From assembly GCA_963793305.1 (NCBI GenBank), contig CAWBZV010000002.1, positions 288,001 through 352,000 on the forward strand: DNA of 64,000 nt, written 5' to 3'. This stretch comes from an uncultured Gemmatimonadales bacterium (GTDB lineage Bacteria; Gemmatimonadota; Gemmatimonadetes; Gemmatimonadales; Gemmatimonadaceae). Below are positions 1 to 8,983 of the stretch, piece after piece. A program made the translations under genes and the position numbers. The notes beneath the pieces are model-generated. The model was not told the DNA's origin and made no database searches. It saw nothing but the letters and a program-made list of their open reading frames with translations. How positions within the stretch are numbered: position 1 is the stretch's first letter; each line of letters opens with the position of its first letter.

Positions 1-1
1 C

Positions 2-124
2 GCGCATTGGGCGGACTTCGAGGCTGCGGTCGCCGAAGAGGACCGGCGCGATGCTGCGCTCGGCGTCTGGGTATCCGGCCCCTGGCCGCCGTACGACTTC
101 GTCCGATTGCAGTTCGGAGGGTAG
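2..124 (+). CDS. GvpL/GvpF family gas-vesicle-type protein, C-terminal fragment (5' truncated by window)
   Basis: Frame 2 reads AHWADFEAAVAEEDRRDAALGVWVSGPWPPYDFVRLQFGG*. GPWPPYxFV is the conserved C-terminal GvpL/F motif. Not in the ORF track. Confidence 0.75.
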   Translation, partial: AHWADFEAAVAEEDRRDAALGVWVSGPWPPYDFVRLQFGG

Positions 125-127
125 GCT

Positions 128-1114
128 CTGTTTTGCCCTGACTGCGGCACGTGGAACCGCGGTGTCGCCGTTCAGTGTGCGCGCTGCTCGGCTCCGCTTC
201 CGGAAATCACCGGAGGGCCGGCCGAATCTCCGGATTCCGAGATCGGCGCGCTCCGACGCTTGACCGGCAATCGCTACCGCATCGTGCACCGCCTCGGCTC
301 CGGCGGCATGGCCCACGTCTACTACGCCGAGCATGTGCAACTCGGCCGCCCACTCGTCATAAAGGTCCTGCACGCGCATCTGGCGCGCGAAGCGGAAATG
401 CGCGAACGATTCCGGCGCGAGGCCGAGGCGGCAGCGCATTTAGTCCACCCGCATATCTGCCCGATCGTCGATTTCGGCGAGAACGATGACGTTGTCTACT
501 TGTTGATGCCGTTCTTGGGTGGCGGCTCGTTAGCCGACCGTCTCGTCCGCGACCGCACGGTGCCACCAGTCTTCGCGGCCACGGTCACGGCCCAGGTCTC
601 ATGCGCTTTGGATTATGCGCATCGCCGCGGCGTGATTCATCGAGACATCAAGCCAGATAATATTTTGTTCAATGACGATGGCTTCGCGCTGGTGACCGAC
701 TTTGGCATCGCCACCGCGCGACGACATGGGCGCTTGACGGGCACGGGGCGAGCGATGGGGACGCCCCATTACATGTCGCCGGAGCAGGCCATGGGACGCC
801 TCGTCGACGGCCGATCCGATCTGTATGCCCTCGGCGTCATGCTGTACGAGATGCTACTGGGATTCCCCCCGTTCAATGGCGCGGACTCGTATTCCGTCGG
901 ATACAAGCATGTGCATGAGGCGCCCGTGCCGCCGGAAGTCGTCGACTCCCGCACGCCGGCGCCGCTCGCGGCCATCATTATGAAGTGCCTGTCGAAGAAC
1001 CCCGACGAGCGCTTTCAGCGCGGGAACGACGTAGCGGACGCGTTGTTACAGTACTTGGCCGAACAAGCGTCTTTGGCCGAGTTCCGGACGGCCTGGCTGG
1101 CGAGAGCGTCGTAA
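128..1114 (+). CDS. Hanks-type Ser/Thr protein kinase with N-terminal zinc ribbon (soluble)
   Basis: Motifs LGSGGMAHVY, VIK, HRDIKPDN, DFG and GTPHYMSPE. The frame is open upstream of the ORF-track start (260) to CTG at 128, encoding FCPDCG...CARC. GGAGG at 116-120. Confidence 0.9.
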   Translation: MFCPDCGTWNRGVAVQCARCSAPLPEITGGPAESPDSEIGALRRLTGNRYRIVHRLGSGGMAHVYYAEHVQLGRPLVIKVLHAHLAREAEMRERFRREAEAAAHLVHPHICPIVDFGENDDVVYLLMPFLGGGSLADRLVRDRTVPPVFAATVTAQVSCALDYAHRRGVIHRDIKPDNILFNDDGFALVTDFGIATARRHGRLTGTGRAMGTPHYMSPEQAMGRLVDGRSDLYALGVMLYEMLLGFPPFNGADSYSVGYKHVHEAPVPPEVVDSRTPAPLAAIIMKCLSKNPDERFQRGNDVADALLQYLAEQASLAEFRTAWLARAS

Positions 1115-1118
1115 CCGC

Positions 1119-1146
1119 TGTCGATTCCGGGGGTCCCCGTTCGACA
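1119..1146 (+). promoter_or_regulatory. ECF42-type promoter (TGTCGA-N17-CGAC) upstream of YciI/ECF42 operon
   Basis: TGTCGA 1119-1124 and CGAC 1142-1145 match the -35/-10 motif described for ECF42 targets (DGPF genes). The site is also an inverted repeat TGTCGA...TCGACA. Confidence 0.65.
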
Positions 1147-1170
1147 AGGGATGAACCCTAACCGGAGTCG

Positions 1171-1533
1171 ATGATGAAGTACCTCTGCCTCATCTACAGC
1201 AACGAGCAAGAAGACGCCAGCATGCCGGACGCCGAGCGCCAGGCGATGTTCGCCGACTATGGCGCGCTGACCGAGAGCATCACGCGCAGCGGCCATTACA
1301 TTGGCGGCGACCCGCTGACGCCGACGAATACGGCCACGACCGTTCGCGTGCGCAAGGGCAAGACACAAACGACGCACGGCCCGTTTGCGGAAACGCGCGA
1401 GCAGCTGGGCGGGTACTACAAGATCGAAGCGAAGGATCTCGACGAAGCCGTCGCGATTGCTGCCCGCATCCCCAGCGCGAAGAACGGATCGATCGAAGTT
1501 CGGCCGGTGATGGAGATCCCAGGGAGAGCATGA
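1171..1533 (+). CDS. YciI/DGPF family protein
   Basis: [16 protein letters not shown] and IEVRP motifs; overlaps the ECF sigma start. Confidence 0.92.
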   Translation: MMKYLCLIYSNEQEDASMPDAERQAMFADYGALTESITRSGHYIGGDPLTPTNTATTVRVRKGKTQTTHGPFAETREQLGGYYKIEAKDLDEAVAIAARIPSAKNGSIEVRPVMEIPGRA

Positions 1534-2777
1534 ACATCCAGAACGTCGTCGAGCGCGCGTTCCGGGAGGAATCGGGACGCGTGCTCGCGACGCTCATTCG
1601 CTTGCTCGGTGACTTCGACCTCGCGGAAGAAGCCACGGCCGAAGCCTTCTCGGCGGCCGTCGAGCACTGGCCGACGAGTGGTGTGCCCGCGAACCCGCGC
1701 GCGTGGCTGGTGTCGACGGGGCGCTACAAAGCGATCAATGCGATCCGACGGCGGTCGCGGTTCGTCGAAGTCGATCCGATGCTGGCGATTCACCAAGATC
1801 CGGAGATCGACGAGGCGGTCGTCGCGGACGATCAGCTGCGACTCATCTTCACGTGCTGCCATCCGGCGCTCGCGCCGGAGGCCCAGGTCGCGTTGACGCT
1901 GCGCATGGTGGGTGGGCTGGAGACCGAGAACATCGCGCACGCGTTCTTGGTCCCGGTGCCGACGATGGCCCAGCGCCTCGTCCGCGCCAAGGGCAAAATC
2001 CGCGACGCGGGCATTCCGTTCGTCGTGCCGCCACGTGAGGCGTTGCCCGAGCGGTTGGACGCCGTGCTGCGTGTCGTCTATCTCATCTTCACCGAAGGCT
2101 ACGCGGCGACGACGGGCGATGCGATCGTGCGCCACGCGCTCTGCGACGACGCGATTCGTCTCGCGCGACTGCTCGTCGCGCTCATGCCGGATTCGACGGA
2201 GGCGAACGCCCTCCTCGCGCTCATGCTACTCCACGACTCCCGTCGATCGACACGCGCGCGTGACGACGGCGAGCTCGTGTTGCTCGCCGATCAGGACCGG
2301 AGTCTCTGGGACCACGCGAAGATCGCCGAGGGCCTGTCGCGCGTCGAATCCGCATTGCGCGCGGGCCCCGCTGGCCCATACGCGTTGCAAGCCGCGATCG
2401 CCGCGCTCCACGCGCAGGCCCGTCGTCCGGAGGACACCGACTGGCGCCAGATCGCGGCACTCTACGCTCTACTCTTACGCCACGAGCCCACACCAATCGT
2501 CGAGCTCAATCGCGCCGCGGCCGTCGCAATGGCTCAGGGGCCGGAGGCGGGCTTGCGCTTGATGGACGACCTCGCGTCCCGCGGCGATCTCGCCGACTGC
2601 CATTTGCTCTACGCCGCCCGCGGCGACCTGCTCAAGCGACTCGGCCGCAACGACGCAGCCGTAGCCGAGTATCGCACGGCATTGTCGCTGGCCACTGTTG
2701 ACGCTGAGCGAAAGTTCTTCTTGCGGCGCATCGAAGAATTGAGCGCCACAAAACAAGTCGGCTCGTCAGTTGGCTAG
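1530..2777 (+). CDS. ECF RNA polymerase sigma factor, ECF42 group (C-terminal DUF6596/TPR extension)
   Basis: [49 protein letters not shown]; adjacent DGPF gene. Confidence 0.93.
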   Translation: MNIQNVVERAFREESGRVLATLIRLLGDFDLAEEATAEAFSAAVEHWPTSGVPANPRAWLVSTGRYKAINAIRRRSRFVEVDPMLAIHQDPEIDEAVVADDQLRLIFTCCHPALAPEAQVALTLRMVGGLETENIAHAFLVPVPTMAQRLVRAKGKIRDAGIPFVVPPREALPERLDAVLRVVYLIFTEGYAATTGDAIVRHALCDDAIRLARLLVALMPDSTEANALLALMLLHDSRRSTRARDDGELVLLADQDRSLWDHAKIAEGLSRVESALRAGPAGPYALQAAIAALHAQARRPEDTDWRQIAALYALLLRHEPTPIVELNRAAAVAMAQGPEAGLRLMDDLASRGDLADCHLLYAARGDLLKRLGRNDAAVAEYRTALSLATVDAERKFFLRRIEELSATKQVGSSVG

Positions 2778-2789
2778 CCTGACGAGCCG
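2750..2789 (-). terminator. Intrinsic terminator for the minus-strand toxin transcript
   Basis: 11-bp perfect stem CGGCTCGTCAG (2759-2769) / CTGACGAGCCG (2779-2789), followed on the minus strand by ACTTGTTTTGT. Confidence 0.65.
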
Positions 2790-2869
2790 CCGAACGGAGC
2801 CCCATTATCCTCCCCGTATACGTCTATACGTGTAACCTATCCGGGGCTCAACGCAGGAACAGTAGTCAC

Positions 2870-3265
2870 TCACACGAGCGCAGTCAATTGGGCAAATCCT
2901 AACGCGTGTAGAACTGCACGTTGTACAGCGCGAAAATGATGCGCCGACAGAGAATGATCCGCCGATAGAGACGCCGATGATAGAAGCGGAGATAGGCGCG
3001 TGAGCGATACGGCGGAAATCATGTCGCCCTTAATCCAGCTATCGACTCGTCGGTGCAAAAACCGGTAATGACCGGCGCGGATTCGAACGTGGTGAAGCTC
3101 AAGTGGTGTGGGTTTCGATGTGCTGAAGGGCACAACAAGCACAGTTTGTGGACCCGGTGAGAGCACCACCACAGGTCGGCGCTTGGTCATTTCCGGTGGA
3201 ACAAACCCGGTGGAGTAATCACACAACAGGACAGTTCCGGGCGCGGGCACAAGGTGAATTGGCAT
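2870..3265 (-). CDS. PemK/MazF-superfamily toxin (YifN-like), no adjacent protein antitoxin
   Basis: MPIHLVPAPGTVLLCDYSTGFVPPEMTKRRPVVVLSP...VVPFST...WIKGDMISAVSLTRL. Start placed at ATG 3265. GC visibly lower than flanks. Confidence 0.8.
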   Translation of the reverse strand: MPIHLVPAPGTVLLCDYSTGFVPPEMTKRRPVVVLSPGPQTVLVVPFSTSKPTPLELHHVRIRAGHYRFLHRRVDSWIKGDMISAVSLTRLSPLLSSASLSADHSLSAHHFRAVQRAVLHALGFAQLTALV

Positions 3266-3328
3266 CCGCCACTCTGCCAACCCACCGTCAGTCGACCGTC
3301 AGCGCACGCACCCGATTATCGTTCCTAC

Positions 3329-5533
3329 GTGCTGATCGACGTAGCGCTCCCGCTCCCGCTATTCCGGAACTTCACGTACGACTCCGACGCCCCAGTCGCA
3401 CCGGGCGCACGGGTCGTCGTGCCGCTCCGTGGTTCGCGGGTAATCGGCATCAGCCTCGGCCCGCACGAGGGCCCGTCCGCGGTAGCCGCCCCACGCAAAA
3501 TCCTCGACGTGCCCGACGCCGAGCCCGCGCTCGCGCCGCACATGCTGGCCCTGTGCCGGTGGATCGCCGAGTATTACGTGGTCCCATTAGGCCTAGTCGT
3601 ACGCAGCGCCCTGCCGGCCGCGCTGCTCGGCGCCGACACTCCGCGTCCGGCGCCGAAGGTCCAGAGGCTCGCGCGACTCGCCCGAGATATCCCCTCGCTG
3701 ATGGAGCGCGATGCACTGTTCGCTCGCGCCAAGCGCCAGCGCGAAGTGTACGAGCTGATCGAGACCCTCGGCGGACGAACTCCGGTCGCGCACCTGATCA
3801 AGCAGCTCGGCGTATCGCCGGGTGTCGTGCACGCGCTCGAGACACGCGGCCTGATTCAGATCGACGAGGATGTCGTCGAACGCGACCCGTTCGCCGCACG
3901 CCCGAGCGACCCGGCACGTCACACACCGACACCCGCGCAAACCGCGGCCATCGACGCGCTCGGCGCCGGCCAACCGGGCGAGGTGTTCTTGCTGCACGGT
4001 ATCACGGGCAGCGGGAAGACACTCGTGTATGTCGAATTTCTACGCCGCCTGATCGACGAACGCGGCCAGACCGCGATCGTGCTCGTCCCCGAAATCGCCC
4101 TCACGCCGCAGACCGTCGATCGATTCCGCGCGGCATTTGGTGACCGCGTGGCCGTGTTGCATAGCGCGCTCAGCGATGGCGAGCGGTCGGATGCGTGGCA
4201 CGCGCTCAAGTCCGGCCGCAAGCGCATCGCGGTCGGCGCCCGCTCGGCCGTCTTCGCGCCCCTCGAGAACCTGGGCGCGATCATCGTCGACGAGGAACAC
4301 GAAGGGACGTACAAGCAGGGCGAATCCCCGCGCTATCACGCGCGCGAGGTCGCGATCGTCCGCGCACGCCTGCAGGGTGCGGTCACGGTTCTCGGAAGCG
4401 CGACGCCCAGCCTCGAAAGCTGGTCGAACGCCTCGTCGGGCAAGTATCGCTTGCTCTCGCTCCCGGACCGCGTGGGCGGCGGCCGTCTCCCCCATATCGC
4501 GGTGCTCGACATGCGCCGCCCGAGCGATGCCGCTGCGCCGGTGTCACCAATGTTGCCGCCGCTGGAGGCAGCGCTCGCCGAAACGCTCGCCCGCGGTGAG
4601 CAATCGATTCTCCTACTCAACCGCCGCGGCTACGCGGCATTCGTCCAGTGCGGCATCTGTGGCAACGTCGCCGTGTGCCCGAATTGCTCGATCTCTCTCA
4701 CCGATCATCGAACGCCGCCACGATTGGTCTGCCACTATTGTCTCCACGAGGAGCCGCCACGGGAGACGTGTGCGCGGTGTGGCGGACGGACGCTGCGACG
4801 ACGGGGCCTCGGCACGCAGCAGGTCGAGCGGCTCCTCGCCGAGCGCTTTCCCACCGCCCGCATCGCCCGCATGGACGTCGATACGACGACGGGAAAGTGG
4901 GCCCACGCCGAGATCCTCGACCGCGTGGGGCGCGGCGAGGTGGACATGTTGCTCGGCACCCAGATGATCGCCAAGGGACTCGATTTCCCGAACGTGACGC
5001 TCGTCGGCGTGATCGACGCCGATGTCGGCATCAATCTCCCGGATTTCCGCGCGTCGGAACGCTGCTTCCAGCTGCTGAGCCAAGTCGCCGGCCGCGCCGG
5101 TCGTGCCCAGAAACCCGGGCGCGTTTTCATCCAAACCCGCTTGCCGGCGCACCACGCGGTGCGCTGTGCCGTTGCGCATGACTACGCATCGTTTGTTCGC
5201 GAGGAGCTCTGCGGCCGGCACTCCCCGCCGTATCCCCCGACAATCCGGATCGCCAACATCGTATACAGTGGCACTGACGAACAGGCGACGGCGCGATTCG
5301 CCGAGGACAGCACGGCTTGGCTCTCGCGCCTGCCGGCCGATGTGAAGATCATCGGGCCCGCCCCGTGCCCGGTCGAGCGGATCAAAAACCGGTGGCGTTG
5401 GCACGCCGTACTCAAGGCCGAACACCCGGCCGAGCTCACGCGGTTGGGGTTGTACTTCATGCGTCGCGTGACCGTCCCATCGGCCGGGCAGCTCCGCGTG
5501 ACCTTCGACCGCGACCCCGTGGCGCTCCTGTGA
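3329..5533 (+). CDS. priA: Primosomal protein N' (replication restart helicase)
   Basis: GITGSGKT, VPEIALTPQ, DEEH, LGSATPS, LNRRG, Cys-rich zinc region, GTQMIAKGLDFP, QVAGRAGR. Start at GTG 3329 (VLIDVALP). Confidence 0.97.
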   Translation: MLIDVALPLPLFRNFTYDSDAPVAPGARVVVPLRGSRVIGISLGPHEGPSAVAAPRKILDVPDAEPALAPHMLALCRWIAEYYVVPLGLVVRSALPAALLGADTPRPAPKVQRLARLARDIPSLMERDALFARAKRQREVYELIETLGGRTPVAHLIKQLGVSPGVVHALETRGLIQIDEDVVERDPFAARPSDPARHTPTPAQTAAIDALGAGQPGEVFLLHGITGSGKTLVYVEFLRRLIDERGQTAIVLVPEIALTPQTVDRFRAAFGDRVAVLHSALSDGERSDAWHALKSGRKRIAVGARSAVFAPLENLGAIIVDEEHEGTYKQGESPRYHAREVAIVRARLQGAVTVLGSATPSLESWSNASSGKYRLLSLPDRVGGGRLPHIAVLDMRRPSDAAAPVSPMLPPLEAALAETLARGEQSILLLNRRGYAAFVQCGICGNVAVCPNCSISLTDHRTPPRLVCHYCLHEEPPRETCARCGGRTLRRRGLGTQQVERLLAERFPTARIARMDVDTTTGKWAHAEILDRVGRGEVDMLLGTQMIAKGLDFPNVTLVGVIDADVGINLPDFRASERCFQLLSQVAGRAGRAQKPGRVFIQTRLPAHHAVRCAVAHDYASFVREELCGRHSPPYPPTIRIANIVYSGTDEQATARFAEDSTAWLSRLPADVKIIGPAPCPVERIKNRWRWHAVLKAEHPAELTRLGLYFMRRVTVPSAGQLRVTFDRDPVALL

Positions 5534-5554
5534 CCCGCCACTGATCTTTCCGGG

Positions 5555-6671
5555 GTGACGTTCACGCACCCCGATTTCACCGCCGCCCGCTTCGCGGCAG
5601 CTCCCGACGCGACGTTCGTTCCCGCGCCCGGAGATGGTGTGCTCCCGGACGGATTTTTCTCGACGACCAATCTGCCGACCTACGTCCGCCTCGACGGCGC
5701 GTGGCGTATGCCGCGCGAGCCGCGCATGGACGCGGTCCTGCTGCTCGACGCGAACGGCGACCTGTGGGTCCGCGAGGGTCGGCGCGTACGCCGCGGTGAG
5801 CGCGTGGCCGTCGGACGCGCCGAAGACGGGAGCGAGGGCATCTACGTGCACGCGTCCGCCTTCCTCGGCTCCGAGGACAGGGCGGGCGAGTTCAAGTTCA
5901 TGACCAGCGAGGTCTCGCGCGAGAAGCCCATCGATTACGCCGGAGATGGCTCGCCTCTTGATCTCCGAGCGCGAGCGTGGCGGCTACCCGGTGTGGGTCA
6001 CCGGGCCCGCGTTGGTTCACTCGCGGGCTCGCGCTGACATGACGTGGTTTATCGCCAACGGTTTTGTCGGCGCTTTATTGGCCGGCAACGCGGTCGCGGT
6101 GCATGATATCGAAGCCTCGATCTTCGGGACGACCCTCGGCATGAGCGGCTCGGGCGAGGCCACGTCCGGTGGACACGGCCTCCACATGCGCGCGATCAAC
6201 CAGGTTCGCTCGGCTGGCTCAATCGCCGCGGCCGTTCACAAAGGCATCATCAAAGACGGCATCATGCACGCGTGCGTCGTGCACGATGTCCCCTTCGTGC
6301 TCACCGGCTCGATCCGCGACGACGGCCCATTACCCGACGTCGTGACCGACGCCATCGCGGGGCAAGACGCGATGCGGCGGCATACGACGAAGGCGACCAT
6401 GGCCATTCTCATTGCCACGGCGCTCCACGCTATCGCGACGGGGAACATGCTCCCGGCCTTCGTGACTGAAGCCGATGGATCGCTCCGGGAATTGGCCACC
6501 ATCTGCGTCGACTCGTCCGAGTTTGTGGTGAGTAAGTTGAAAGACCGGGGTACGCACCAGGCGTTCGGTGTCGTGACCAATGCCCAGGATTTCATGCATA
6601 TCCTGAGGCTCTATGTCGAGCGCGAGCTGTCGACGATGCCCCCGCTGCGCCTGGCCAAAGTCTCGGCATGA
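5555..6671 (+). CDS. TIGR00300 / LOR-SDH-domain protein (ArgZ/AgrE C-terminal, ornithine cyclodeaminase-like), one frameshift at ~5942
   Basis: DGVLPDGFFSTTNLPT, FKFMTSEVSREKP, GNAVAVHDIE, LTGSIRDDGPLPDV, KLKDRG. ORFs 5555-6037 and 5946-6671 join if one G of GCCGGAG is removed. Confidence 0.8.
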
Positions 6672-7021
6672 CCGACGGCGAACGCCGGTTCCTCCGCGAG
6701 CTGGCGGAGAAAGTACAGCCCGCCGATGTCGTCGATGCCTATCTCTTCCCCGCGTTCCGCCACGGGGTCGTCGAGAGCGGCGTCGCGGTGCTGGCGACGA
6801 CCAGCGACGGCGATGGCCGCTATGCCGTACTGACCGCGCGCTATCGTCTCGACGTGAAGGGGATGGACCGCGGCGCCTGGAACTTCGATGTCCGCCGCGA
6901 AGCCGACGCCCCGCTGGACGCACTGGCCGAAGTCGTGCATGGCGTGACGCGGCGCGCCGCCGACTACGGCGTTCCGCTTCATTTGAATGGCGACGCGTAC
7001 CGGGCCATGATCACGGAGTGA
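6668..7021 (+). CDS. Hypothetical protein
   Basis: ATGA overlap with upstream gene; 117 aa with protein-like composition. Confidence 0.7.
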   Translation: MTDGERRFLRELAEKVQPADVVDAYLFPAFRHGVVESGVAVLATTSDGDGRYAVLTARYRLDVKGMDRGAWNFDVRREADAPLDALAEVVHGVTRRAADYGVPLHLNGDAYRAMITE

Positions 7022-8628
7022 ATGTCGCGCGCGTCCTCGATCGGCGTCGTCTCGTCGATGCCGAGCGCCGGGGGTGTGATGAGAAACGGAAAGACCTGAT
7101 CGCCGCCGACCGACCCGTGCGCGCCGACCTGATCGTCGAACGACACGATATCGTAGCCATCGTACGCGCCGAAGAGGACGAGATCGCCGCCGTTCGGCTG
7201 GCGAACCACTGACTCGATCGCCCGCCGGGCCAGCGCATCGCTCTTGTATGGCGCGAGCGGATCGTCGCCCGCGAGGATGGTCAGCACGCCCTGGTCGAGC
7301 CGTGCCCGGCCGGTGCGCGAGGCCAGATGAACGCCGGTCCCCTTCCGCGTCGCGATGAGCCCGATGCCCGGATGCTCCAGCAGCGCAGCGTAGAGCCCGG
7401 CGCGGCGTGCGTCCCGCTCGATGTCGTCGTGGTCGAGCGCTCCATCCTCATCGGCGAAGTACAGCTCGGCCAGACATGAGCTATACGTCACGACGACCTC
7501 ATGCCGCGCGTCGATCTTGTATTTCTCGGGTACGAGGAGCTCCCGCAACCCGTAGTGACGCCGCAGCCAGTCCAACAGGCGGGGGCCGACCGGCGCGTAT
7601 TCGCTGTCCTCGGCGAAGCTGGCGAAGGAATTGGAGAGCACCTTGGCGACGGTTGTCCCGAGCGTCTCGCCGAACCGCACGCGATAGCTGACCGAGGGCG
7701 TCATGCCGTGGTCCGAGAGGATCACGAGGTCGTACCCGCGGTTGGCCGCGTTCCGCATCATGCGCACGATCTCGGTGAGCCGTGCGTCGGTTCGCCGCAG
7801 ATCCGCCATGGCCTGCCGGCTGCTCGGCCCAAAATGATGCGCCATCTCATCGTACTGCATGAACGTCGAATAGATGATCGGCACACCGAGATACAGGTCG
7901 AGCATGATCGCGATCGTCTGGAGCTCGCGTACGACGACGTTGCTCAGGATGCGCACGAAGGGGAAGATCCCTTCGGTATGCGTGGCCCGCCCGGCCAGCT
8001 CACCCGAGAAGCGCTCCCACTCCTCGCGCAGCCATTCGACCGCGGCTTGCGCCACCATACGGACCAGTCGAATCGGATGGAGCGCGATCAAGAGCACCAT
8101 TCGCGTGCCGCCGAGTCGCTGAAAGACCGATGTGCGCTCCCGGGTCGCCACGGTGAACGCGACGGTGGCGGCGTCGCCGTCGAGCAGATTCACGTAACTC
8201 GACCCGCCCGCCAGCGCCCCAGGGGCATGGATCCGATCGCGGATATACTGGACGCCTTCGGGAGCGTTGCAGGTGATCACCCGATGTTCCCGCTTGTCAT
8301 AAAACCGAAACGCGGGGATGCCGTCGTTCTCACCATGGAAAATGCCAGCCTGGCAATACGGCGTGGCAGCCGGCAGACCACAGAACCAACGCCGGAGCCG
8401 AAAGTCATCCTCGGCCAGCAGGCGTTGAATGGTTGGGCAGTATCCCAGTCGCAGCGCCCGACGCAGATCCGCGTAGGCGAGCGCATCGATCTGCAGCATG
8501 AGCAGTCCGCGACGTCCATCGCGTGGGCGTCGCTCGCGACGGAAGATGCTGTACTTGAGCGTGTAGTACAGCCGCACGATCGGCCCTGCCCGAGGCCGCT
8601 GACGTCGTTCGACGAATGGCTCTGACAC
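6979..8628 (-). CDS. Alkaline phosphatase superfamily (type I phosphodiesterase/nucleotide pyrophosphatase) protein
   Basis: LQIDAL, TPYCQAGIFHG, YDEMAHHFGP, LSDHG, GAHG metal-binding motifs. Confidence 0.85.
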   Translation of the reverse strand: MSEPFVERRQRPRAGPIVRLYYTLKYSIFRRERRPRDGRRGLLMLQIDALAYADLRRALRLGYCPTIQRLLAEDDFRLRRWFCGLPAATPYCQAGIFHGENDGIPAFRFYDKREHRVITCNAPEGVQYIRDRIHAPGALAGGSSYVNLLDGDAATVAFTVATRERTSVFQRLGGTRMVLLIALHPIRLVRMVAQAAVEWLREEWERFSGELAGRATHTEGIFPFVRILSNVVVRELQTIAIMLDLYLGVPIIYSTFMQYDEMAHHFGPSSRQAMADLRRTDARLTEIVRMMRNAANRGYDLVILSDHGMTPSVSYRVRFGETLGTTVAKVLSNSFASFAEDSEYAPVGPRLLDWLRRHYGLRELLVPEKYKIDARHEVVVTYSSCLAELYFADEDGALDHDDIERDARRAGLYAALLEHPGIGLIATRKGTGVHLASRTGRARLDQGVLTILAGDDPLAPYKSDALARRAIESVVRQPNGGDLVLFGAYDGYDIVSFDDQVGAHGSVGGDQVFPFLITPPALGIDETTPIEDARDIHSVIMARYASPFK

Positions 8629-8979
8629 TCAGGTCGTGAGCGTCGCGGTCAGCGCCAGGAGCGTGCGCGCGGAAACCGGCTTGAGCAGTACGTCCCGGCA
8701 TCCCGCGGCACGACATCGCGCGAGAACAGCCGGCTCGTCCCAGCCAGTCAGCGCGACTGTTACCCGAGGCGTTGTGGCCGCCTGCGCGAGGACCTGCAGG
8801 CCATCTCCATCGGGCAGCGTCAAATCGAGCAGCATGAGGTCGACCGGTGTTTCGTTGCATGCCGCGATCGCGGCGGCAACCGTTCCGGCCACCCGCACGT
8901 CATGTCCGCCCGCTTCGAGGAGCATGCGCATGGCGTCACCGGCATCCGCATGGTCCTCGACCACCAGGACGCGCGCCAC
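8629..8979 (-). CDS. Single-domain response regulator (CheY-like receiver)
   Basis: VLVVEDH...LLDLTLPDGDG...ALTG...LLKP; GTG start at 8979. Confidence 0.9.
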   Translation of the reverse strand: MARVLVVEDHADAGDAMRMLLEAGGHDVRVAGTVAAAIAACNETPVDLMLLDLTLPDGDGLQVLAQAATTPRVTVALTGWDEPAVLARCRAAGCRDVLLKPVSARTLLALTATLTT

Positions 8980-8983
8980 GCGG

